From the human T2T-CHM13v2.0 reference genome, Homo sapiens, in the NCBI RefSeq assembly GCF_009914755.1, contig NC_060939.1: a stretch of 64,000 bases of DNA; one strand, 5' to 3'. Below are positions 52,953-64,000 of the stretch, in pieces (position 1 is the first letter of the stretch; each line of letters starts with the position of its first letter). The notes under the pieces were generated by a model. It made no database searches. It was not told the origin of the DNA and worked only from the letters and a program-made list of their open reading frames with translations. Both the position numbers and the translations under genes were made by a program.

Positions 52953-54525
52953 CATCTGTCTTTTAAAACATGTTTTTAATTGGAGGTATAATTTCTATTA
53001 GTGAAATGCACAGGTCTGGTTTACATTTTGATGAGTTTTAACTCATTTAACATTACTATGGAACCCACCTCCTTTGAAGATACAGAGTATTTCTATCATC
53101 CAGAAAGTTCTCCTGTGCTTTCATGCTGTCCCGCACTCCCCCAGCCAGCTGATGAACATGCTGAGGACATTGGTACTGGATTCTGGCCGCCCCAAAAGAG
53201 CCACTTTGACCAGGCTTACCCAGCACTAAATCCCTGCCTGCTCTCTCAAAATTTCCATCTTTAAACTGGTTGTACCTATAACCCTCCCTCATCAAGTCAA
53301 TAGATAAACAAACCCTGAAAAATAAACAACTCTTCCTGGCCCAGCAGCCCACAGCCTAATATTTACTGTATTCCCAGGCTTTCAGAAATGTAACTCGCCT
53401 GCCGGTTCACCCTCACTAGGGCGGCAGCTGCACGGGAGCAGCTGGGCTCACCCATTAAGCAAGAAGCCAATAGCTGGACAGTGACACTCAGACCCCAGCC
53501 TGGGCGAGCCTGGCTGAAAGCCCCCTTCTTTCCATCCGACTGCGGAGAAAGGGGGCGGAGCACACACAACTCTACTGCCCTCCACATCCTTCACCTGTGC
53601 TTCCTCCTGGGAGAGGGAGCCGCTCATTAATTTGGCCAAAGTCTTCTTGAGGGCTGTAGGTTTCACAGGCTGGGTGTGTGGGGGCCACCGTGCTAGAGAC
53701 AGAGGCTGGTGTGTCAGAAGGCAGCCACCTGGCCAGAGGGGGGTCAACCCCCTTGGTGACCTCCTTCCCCCGGCTGGACACAGTGCCCTGCACTCTCTAC
53801 ATGTGACTGTTCCCCTCAGAGCTGCTTCCAGGGGAGGGGTTCTAATCCTGTGGGTGGGGACATTGTGTTACTTTACAGTGGGCCATGGCTCCCTCTGACA
53901 TCTCCAACTCAGAGGCAGTAGAGAGAAGATGAGAAATTCCCTGCCCCTCCTCCCTCAGCACCCCCACCTCTGCACACGTCCACATGTGGAGACCCTGACA
54001 ATGGGCCCTGGGAGTGCCGCCATCTGTGCCTGCTTTCCATGCCTGCAGCAGCCATGCCCACTCTCCAGACCCTCACCCGCCTGGGTCAGTAGACGCTTCA
54101 CTGCCTGTGGTCCTGCGCCTACACCTGGGCCTCTGTACCCGTCAGTTCCCCCAGTCTGGTTCTTATTCCCTGCAAAGAGTAGGGAGCCTGTAAGGTCACC
54201 TGTTGAGCAAGCTGGGGGAGAAAAGTAGGGTGGGGCTGGGAGGATCAGGATGAGAAGCTCATGGTCGTGCTGGAGACTCAGCTGAGTCTCCTAGCCAGTG
54301 GTGATCTCGCTCCCACCCTCATTTCTTCTTTGTTAACAAAACCATGGCCTCATTAAATACTGGACACCTATAAACCTCATGGACCCTCCTCCAGCCTCCC
54401 CACCGTGTACCGGTGAGTCTAAGTCAACTCTAGTCATTTCATTCCTCTGGACATTGACTGCTTAGGGCTTGGGCATGAGCTGCCTCTTCACCTGAGCCTG
54501 AGCCACAGGTACCCTCTGCACCTAC

Positions 54526-54674
54526 CACGCTGATGCACTGGGCCAGGGAGAGCGCCGTCTGGATGGAGATGAGCTGTGAGGAGCTGGTGGCTGGGCGGAT
54601 CAGGTTGTTGTAACAGGTTTTGTTCAGAAGGTCGTCCATCAGTTTCTGCTCGGCATGGGCCATGCGGCAGTCCC
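54526..54674 (-). pseudogene. CHRNB4: Isolated copy of CHRNB4 (nicotinic acetylcholine receptor beta-4) exon 2
   Basis: 149-nt exon with cag|...|gtagg boundaries encoding DCRMAHAEQKLMDDLLNKTCYNNLIRPATSSSQLISIQTALSLAQCISV. Closely matches the mature N-terminus of nAChR beta-4. No other CHRNB4 exon recognised in the window. Confidence 0.88.
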
Positions 54675-57600
54675 CTGGGTAAACACACAGACATGCTGGG
54701 CCCTTGTGCAGCTGTCTCCCACTGCAGATGACAGCTATGAAGCAGGAGCTGAGAGGGCCAGGGAGCACAGACACCCTGAGAGCTGGCTGAAGCAGTGAAG
54801 GTGCTGGCCGGCCTGGCTTTCCCTGGGGACTTCAAATGACATTCACGACAGAGCTCAGCTACCTCCTCCCCATGCCATACCTCTTCCTCCTCCTCCTCCC
54901 TCCGTCAATGAACAGCATCCCACGCTCTACACATCTGATACAAAACTGGGTGTCTCTTCCTGACCCCTCCCTTGGTTCACCCAAGTGGCCACCAAGTCCT
55001 GTCTGTCCTCCCATCTCCACGGCTACAGCCATGTCCCTGCCTCCCCCGCCCTGCCCACCTTCTGTTCTCTCCACCTGCACTCTGCCCCTGCCATCCATGT
55101 GCCATACAGTGGCAGACTGATCTTTCTACAGCAAACTGGACGAGGGCCCTTCCCTACCCACAGCTCTCAGAGCTGGAGGTGGAGTTGAAGCTCATGTTTT
55201 GGCTTGGCATTCAGAGCTCTTTCCCCCTCAGCACTGGCTTATCCAGAGTGCTCACAGTGCAGGGCAGGAGCCTCGTGACTCAAATGTGGGTTTGGTGCAG
55301 AACTGGGTCTGAGGTGGTGCTTTCCCTATGAAGAGACAGGGCCGACATGGGGGAATTTTCTGGGTTCAAAGTTAGACCTAGAGAGTGCAAAGTTTCTCTG
55401 AGGCACCAAATGGAGGGGTCCAGCTAGCAGCTGGCTCCTGGTCTGGAGCTTCAAGGAGAGGTCTCAGCTCAGAGCCACATTCAATAGCCAGCTTACATGT
55501 GGCCTCCTGCAGGGAGCCCCTGGAGCTTCCACAGCCTCCGTTCTGCCCCTCTGCATACCCCAGATCTCCTGCTAAGTGGCGTTTGGGTCTTCATGTCATC
55601 TCCCTCCCATGTCTGGGAGTAAAGGTGAGGTGCAGAGACTTGCGCTTGTGTACTCTGGTGTCTTAAGGGAGAGTGTGTCAAGTAGAGTGGAGGCGGCTTG
55701 GAAAGAGGGAGACTCAGAGGAGAGTGAAGGACACATGACCAGGCGAGCCTGGGAGCAGGAAAAGAGAGTGAGCAGAGGCAACTGCTGGGTCAGGGGAGCG
55801 GATGGGAGGATCAGGGAATGCGGGGGGGCTGGAGAGGTAGGGGTGGGGACGTTGGCGAGGGGCTGCCTGGCTCGCCAGGCTCAGGAGTCAGTTACATCCT
55901 CCCACAAGGGCCAGCTCACCTGGTCGCCCCAAAGACCTCCCTCTGTGGGTGGGACCAGAGGGCCAAGAGCACGGATAACCCAATTGAGCAGGACTGAGGC
56001 GGACTCAGGTGGGTGCTGGGCCGGACTCCTGGCTGTGGGGAGCAGCCGCCACCCTGCCTATTGCATCCACTTTCCAACTCGCTGCCTATCTGAGCAGATG
56101 CGATATTGGGCACCTTGTGAAACATGCTCCTGGTGCACCTGCTGCCTGCTGCCCCTCCTGCAGAGTGCCCGGGCTCTCCAGAGGGGATTCCTATGGAGGC
56201 TTGGCCTAGATTCTGAGTCCTGCCTCTCATACCTGGGGCTGCTACCCCAGAGGCCAGCTGCTTGAGTACCCCGGAAGCCAGTCTGTAGCCCCAGGCTACA
56301 GCTGGGTCCATCCCACAGCCCTTCTCTAACGTACCTATTTGGACTGGCTGCTCATTTCATAGAGAGGGGTGTGTCTTGCCCCAGACCATCTGGCATGTCT
56401 AAGGCAGCTGTGGGGTCAGAATCTGCAGCTCCCAGCCCTCAGCCCAGCAATAGTAGGAAAGGCTGGACCCCACATCTCTGAAGTCCCACTGGGTTGGTGC
56501 GAGCGGGCTCCCGAGTACAGGGCTGCTCTGCAGGCTGTGGGGCTCATGCGCCAGCTCTGAGCCCACCTGATGTGCTCACGTTGCTCACCTTTGGGCCTGT
56601 CCGGCCTCTCAGGCATTCGGCTGACCCTGAGGGCCTCTCCCTCATCTTGACCACCAGCTACGGGCTCTGATTTAGAGGTTCCCAGAACCTTAGACCATTT
56701 GGCCGGCCCCCCATTTCTCACCTGAGGAAACTGAGACCAGAGAGGGATAGCAACTTTCTCAAGGACCCCCAGCAATTCAGAGGCAGAACCAGGTCTAGGA
56801 GCCTCTTCTCGATAGAGGTTCCCCCTGTCCCCTGAGCCTTCGTTAGTGCCTCATTAACTTCCCTGTAAGGAAACTGCCCCGCTGAGGCTGGAAATGGTGC
56901 TGTCCAGAGTGGTGTGTGCCAGTGACTGTGCTTGTGTTTGTACTTGTGAGTGTGTATGGGGGTGGGGATGAGGGGTGGGAATAAACGGCAGGGATGCTGG
57001 GGGCTGGATGCACTCCACCTCACCCCAAAAAGGGGCGCAGGAGAGCCCAGCCAAGCACAGCACATGCTTCGACTTTCCAATCTGCTGAATGCCTGTGAGG
57101 CCGGCTGGGCCCAGAAGACAAGGGACAGGCCTTTCCCCATAGATGGCAGGGGGGGCCCAGGATGGGTGGAAGCTTCTGCCGCAGCTTTGGGGGTCACAAC
57201 CCAGCCCATGGGCTGACACTTAAGCAGAAAAGCCACCTCTAGGGGTCAGTCATAATCTAGTGATTCTGATGAGGAGGGCCCCACCAACCTCTGTCCAGGG
57301 TCTTGTCTGGGAAAAACTGCTCCCTGGCAGAAAGAGGCTAATAATTTGAGAGGAAGCCATAGCTGAAACCCTAAGCTGTGTGAGTGCGTGTCCAGTTTGA
57401 GAAAGCATATCCGACTTAAACATTTGTATTGAAAAAATGGAAACATATTCCCCTTGTTTTGGAATACAAACTGCAGAAAGCAGCAGTTAACAGAATCTTA
57501 TCGGAAAGGTCAGATTCTGCATCTGGAAAGGCACAGTGATTTTCAACTGCGGTGTGTGTCCTTAACTGAGGAAGGGAAGGTGAGATTTATGTTTAGTAAA

Positions 57601-59490
57601 AGGCAGCTATGAATTTACCTTTTATAAAGAACTTGCTATATACTATTAGTGCTTTTCAGTCATGTCAGAATCAGCCAGATGCCTGTGGAAATGCAAATTC
57701 CCAGGCTTCATTCCCAGAGATTCTGGTCCTGTGAGCCTAGGGTGGGGCCCAGAAATCTCTATGGGGTGGTGCAGCCTGCCCCAGGACCACACCAAGAAAC
57801 ACTGCAACTGGCCCACACACATCCCAGTCCACAAATATGTAGGCAGGCATCTTATCTCCACAGAACAGATAGGGAAACTGAGGTCAGAGTGGGGAAAGAA
57901 ACGTCATGGGGCCACCCAGCAAGTAGTAGCAGAGCCACGATACACCCACTGCCTGCAGACACCATCTCTGATGACAGCTCCACCTCCCCACAGGAATCTT
58001 GCCTACCCCCACCCCTACCTCCTGCTGCCCCTATGGTGGGTCTCTGTCCAAGGAAGATGTATCCTAGGTCCTCTAGGCTGACTGCGGCTCAGAGGAAACC
58101 TTGGCCCAGAGTGTAGGAGCTAGAGGGGTCCTTGGAATTCACGTGGGGAATTTGAGGCCCAAAGAAGGCAGTCCTCACATTTGAACTCTGTCTGGAGAAG
58201 GGCTAGGTCTTCTTCCTGAGTGGTAGTTTTGACTTCACCAGCCTGGCCCTCAGTCAAGCTGGCTGTCCAGGCCCGCCACACCTCGGGGTGGGTGACCAGA
58301 GGCGGTGGTGCCATAAAAACACGTTTCCTGGGAGATCCACCCCCAAAGCTCCAAACATTCCAGGGCTGGTGATTTGGGCAAGCCCCCTTCCCTCTCAGCC
58401 CAGTTTCCCCATCTCTGCAACAGCCGTGCTGGTGGAGACTTCTGATACTGAGCTGCAGATTTTCTCCTGGGTGCCTACACAGCCCAGGTTGCCGGCTCCT
58501 CTGTGCCCACTCTTCAAGAAAGTCAGCTCTTAGGTAAGGAAGGTGCCTTGGCCCTATCAGGAGCAGGAGCCGGTGCACCCCCAGCTTCCCAGACCAGTGG
58601 GGATGACCCAGGCTGCCTACAAAGCTGCTGCCCAGCCCAGAGACACCCGCCTGGGAGGGTGGCCCTGGCCCTTGCAGCGGCTCTGAGAAGAGTCGGCCCC
58701 CACTCCAAAACTGGCAGAGCCACCCATGCCTTCCCTCAGCCCAAAGAGGCTTTTAGGAACATGAATCGTCTCAAGTTCAAACCCATGGGGTTGCTGAAAG
58801 ACAAGACAGTGCAGGGTGAGCTGGTGCGAGGGAGCGCTGCTCGGTGCAGACTTTGCAGGGAGGGCACTTAGGAAAAAGGACTGGAGTCTGGGAGGGTTAA
58901 CTAGCTTAGGGTTAAAGGGAGGGGATGGAGCTGGAGTGAGCTGGCCTCGTCCTCCCCCTTGGGCCTTCCAGCCTGGGCTCAGGTGATTCAAGGGAGCAAG
59001 CACCTCCCTCTCCCAGCCAGGGAGTTCTCGCCACATTCTGCAATCAGTACCATTCCCCTGGGGGCTGGGTGACAGCCCCCACCTCTGGACCTGGCTGGAA
59101 CTGCTGTCTCAATTCTAGATCCAAAAGAATCTCTGGCAGCTTCTCCATCTCCCTCTCAGTCCAGCCTCACCTCTTCGCCCGTGGAGGAGCTCCAACAGCA
59201 AATCTGGCAACTGGAGGAACAAGGCAGGAAGGGCAGGGTCTGAGGAAGGAACCACCTTCAAAAGGCAGCTCTGCCACCTTCTCTCCAGGACTCTCAGGCT
59301 TGCTTTCCTATTGCTCCCTCGACATCCTTTTGCTATAATCTGCCATGTTGACGTATAGTCTTTAAAAGCAACAATGCTGTTGACGTGGAGCAGACTTCCC
59401 ATTTGGGATGGTTTGGAGAAGTTAGGTTTGAGGGCATCCTCTCTTCTGCAAACTGCAGCAGTAATAGATGAGATATACAAAGTAAATAAA

Positions 59491-59830
<340 letters not shown>

Positions 59831-61272
59831 TTAATTATCTCCATGAACGAAAAGCAGACAAGAAATGCAAAGTGGTTGGAGGCTGAAGAGCCTGGACCCT
59901 CCTGGGCTTTGGGAACCAAAGATGGTGGCAAGTCCTTTGGGATAAAGAGGGACAAAATGACTCCTAGCTAGAAGCTGGGAGCTTGGGTGTACCCCAGTAC
60001 TTGAAAGGATGCTAGCTGGGCGCGGTGGCTAATGCCTGTAATACCAGCACTTTGGGAGGCCGAGGGAAAGTAACTCTTATGTCAGTGTGAAGCAAATCAG
60101 ACAGGACAGGGGAACATGGAGGGGAGGAGAGCCAAACCAGGGCCTGGTTCCAGACCCACCACACACGCCCCGTTGAGCCAGGAGCACAGGTGGCTCTCTG
60201 CACAACATCAAGAGTGAGGACATGCTTTCAGCTCCACTTTAACTCAGGTTCCTAATGTGACAGCAGGCTTGTCAATCCCACTTGCCCCCGTGGCTCACAC
60301 CAGAAAACTACCAGCAGTGTGAGTAAGGACAGAAGCAGGAGACAGAGGAGCCAGGGTTGGGGAATCCCATAGCAACCCACAGGCCCTCATCACACACGGC
60401 AAGGATGCGCCTTCACTGGGCTCACCACCACCACTAGACATCACCTTCACTACATGATACCCTGCCTGGATAACACCACTGTAACACAAGAAACAGGTCT
60501 AGAATCTAACATGTATGCTACACCTGAAGGAGCAAGAGACGGTAATACAATACAATGAAATTTTTAGTTTATTTAATATAAAATTTAGAGCCATAATCAA
60601 AATGTGTAATTCTGATGGGATTCACTACTTATAAAAACTTCGCAGCACTCTATTTTCAAATGTAAATGGTATTCTGTGGCTCCTCGCCAGCATGTAAATA
60701 ACGATCTACTCTGAAATACGTTTCACGGCTTATTTTTGGCAAGCAGCGATTTCTCCAACCCACGTTTTCCAAGGGAAAAAAGGACATGAAATGTCTCCAA
60801 AAGTCTCTTACGATCTTTAGATAAACTACTGTTCAACAACTGCATCTGCCAAGTCAACACATCAAGAATCCTTCACTCACAAACACTTAAGGTGAGAAAA
60901 CAGTGTCTACCCATGCAGGAGAGGGAAACATGATCCATGCTTATGAAGACAGCCTGGATATCGGCTACTGGAAAGCTGCGAATGCATTTTTCTTTTTCTA
61001 CTTTCCAAAAGTTTTGTGAGGTGATACTTATTTCTATGTTTGTGTCTATTCTTTTTATTTTGTATTTTTTAGTAGGTACATCCTTACTATAAATCTGCTG
61101 TAGAACCAATGTCCCATACAGGACCCCACGTGCCACAGGAACCAAAAAGTCACACGCAGCGAAGACGAAGACACAGGAGACAACCTGTGTAGACAGCACA
61201 GAGCCACCTGCCCAGGACACCAATGGAGCCACAGGTGCAATTCAAAATGTTCTTAGTCGTATTAATAAACAT

Positions 61273-61980
61273 GGCCAGGTGCGGTGGCTCACGCCTGTAA
61301 TCCCAACACTTTGGGAGGCTGAGGTGGGCAGATTACCTGAGGTTGGGAGTTCAAGACCATCCTGGCCAACATGGTGAAACCCCATCTCTACTAAAAATAC
61401 AAAAATTAGCCAGGTATGGTGGCATGCTTCTGTTAGTCCCAGCCACTCAGGAGGTTGAGGCAGGAGAATCATTTGAACCCAGGAGGCAGAGGCTGCAGTG
61501 AGCTGAGATCGTGCTACTGCACTCCAGTCCAGGCAACAGAGTGAGGATCCATCTCCGGGTGGGGAAAAAAAATTGTTCTTAGTCACATTAACAAAAGTAA
61601 AAAAAAAAAAAAAAAACACACCAACAAGAAAAACAACAACACATAAAATTAATTGTAATAATGGCTGGTTGCAGTGGCTCATGCCTGTAATCCCAGCACT
61701 CTGGGAAGCCAAAGCGGGCAGATTACTTGAGGTCAGGAGTTCGAGACCAGCCTGGCCAACATGGTGAAACTCTGTCTCTACAAAAATACAAAAATCAGCC
61801 AGGCGTGGTGGTAGTCCCAGCTGCTCGGGAGTCTGTAGTCCTGTAGTCCCAGCTGCTCAGGAGGCTGAGGCAGGAGAATCACTTGAACACAAGAGGCGGA
61901 GGTTGCAGTGAGCCAAGATTGCACCACTGCACTCCGGTCTGGTCAACAGAGTAAGATTCCATCTTAAAAAATAAAAATAA
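61273..61980 (+). mobile_element. Two AluS elements (61273-61572, 61663-61980)
   Basis: Alu consensus. Confidence 0.85.
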
Positions 61981-63053
61981 TTTTAATAATGTATCATAGT
62001 TATTCCAACAGATCAAAAATATGACCATTTCAACATGAAATCAATCTAAGAAAAATTATTGAGATATTTTACATAGGTTATTTCATATTAAGTCCTCAAA
62101 AACCATCTGAGTAGCTTACATATGTAACACATTTCAATTTGGACCGTGAAATTTGCATTGAAAACATCTGATCTCCATTTAGACTCATAAAATACACAGT
62201 TGACAAAGTAGACTCCCAAGGCCAAGTGATTCTAAACATACTTAAGTGCTTTCTAATAACAGAATCAAATTTTCAAACCTGCATTTTAATGAATAAAAAT
62301 TAAACAGATAAAATATTCAGTGTCTCAGCTATGACGGACAGACTTCAAGTGCTGATCAGCAAACGGTGTTGAGTGTAGCCAGATGGGCCAGCGCAGGCTA
62401 CACAGCTGCAGCTCAAACAGCACAGCTGCAGGTCAAACAGGCCAGTCTCTCTGCGCACGGGAACAGTCTGGGCAAGCAGGAGACGGGGAAAACGGGCACT
62501 GCCCTCGTGAGAACAAAGGACCCACAACAGGAACCCTGCACTCACCCCCTGCCAAAGACCAACAGCCCCACGAAGCAGCCACTTCAGAAAAGGGAGAGGC
62601 ATTCAAGAACTTAGAAAAGCACCTCTGGAAAATGCTCACTTTAAAACTTTGCATGTAACTGTACATTTTAATTACAAGGTTTTTAACATCCATTTTCTCA
62701 TGTATTCTTAATTAACTCTGTGAAAGTAAACACAGCTTTTATTCTTACTCCTATAGTTACTGTGTTGGAAGTCCACCTATATGAACAAACTGTTGTAACT
62801 GAAATTTTCTGAGAACAAATCCCAAGCTCTTTCCATCGACACAAACTATATTGTTTAGTTCTCTTTATTTCCATTTGTTAAAGACCAGAATGTGTGAAAT
62901 ATGCATTATCAGATTAGAAAAACAAAACAAACATCAGAAAAAGGTTTTGCAAAATAGCATTTACTAAAATCTATGACAGAAACTAGCTCTAAAACTTCCT
63001 GTTTCAAAATTTCACTGTGTGTGCACTAAGTTAGTTTTTCTGGCTGTGGACAG

Positions 63054-63136
63054 CAGGCCCACCCCATGCCGCGGGCCCACCCCACGCCGCAGGCCCACCC
63101 CACGCCACAGGCCCACCCCACGCCACAGACCCACCA
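63054..63136 (+). repeat. 18-bp GC-rich minisatellite (caggcccaccccacgcc(g/a)) x ~4.5
   Basis: Directly visible. Confidence 0.85.
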
Positions 63137-63869
63137 TGGCCCCATGAACAGGCCAGCTGAGAGCTGCAGCCACTGCCCAGGGCTCCCTGGTCTGTACTCG
63201 GCTGCCTGACCCCAGCTGCCAGGGCTCTGCTTTCTCTATGTGTAGAAACAAAAACCAGGAGCATCAGTTGACGAAAAGCAGATTTTTATTGAACAGAGGT
63301 ATAAATGTGTTTCATTTTCTAATAAATCTCTTTCACAAATCACCTTGCTGTTTCGCTCTTCTTGAATGATCATTTTTACACAACACTGTCTGACTGTTTT
63401 GGCTTCTGCCAAGGTTAGCGTCTGTTCACAGGCTGAGTCTGACTTCTTCCTCCCACCTCCTCCTAGTCTGGCCTTCCAAAATAATGCTCACCATTCTATC
63501 ACATTGACTTCAGTTTTGAAAAGAAAAGTTATCTTACAAAGTAGTATGTATAACTCTGTAATATATAAAGTGAGGCAATGATACAATCAGTTTTAAAAAT
63601 AACCTTCCATGATGATTTTCATTTGCATCCACCTGCTTATTAGTAAGAATCTTTTTACATGTTTACTGCACGCCCCAATTTCTCTTCAGTGAAAAACTTT
63701 TGAGTATCATCACACCCTCCAACTTCTCCTCTCACCTATATTGAAAAGGGTCTGCTCTTTATCCTAACATCTATACTAGGTAATTTTCAGAATATTCCTT
63801 CAATCATCAAACAAATTTTTGAGATCCTTGCGCTAGATTTCACTATCTTAATATGAAAACCAATAATCA

Positions 63870-64000
<131 letters not shown>

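Overview
This is human (primate) genomic DNA from a chromosome 15 golgin 'core duplicon' segmental duplication, of the 15q11-q13 type. The exact paralog cannot be fixed from sequence alone. Two GOLGA2/GM130-derived genes lie head-to-head about 21 kb apart. On the minus strand is a GOLGA8-family gene (ATG 22034, stop 11730), whose 19 exons I could splice by hand into an uninterrupted 648-aa frame. On the plus strand is a GOLGA6L-family gene (ATG 43091, stop 50940, about 860 aa) with an N-terminal (PHLPTH)x7 repeat and a 1.7-kb coding VNTR. Other duplicated pieces are an unprocessed MPHOSPH10 pseudogene (three exon remnants), an isolated CHRNB4 exon-2 copy, an intronic 7SL pseudogene, a CpG island built of ~300-350 bp degenerate repeats, a tandem Alu/inverted-Alu array, and many Alu, L1, LTR and MER elements. 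Most ORFs in the supplied track are Alu or repeat artefacts. The most interesting observations concern splice-level re-engineering of the golgin copies: an inverted mini-copy of an exon that could mask its own acceptor, independent loss of the same exon in both paralogs, compensating frameshifts, a stop codon at an exon end, and a candidate stop-free circRNA. I see no clear-cut novel multi-gene system.
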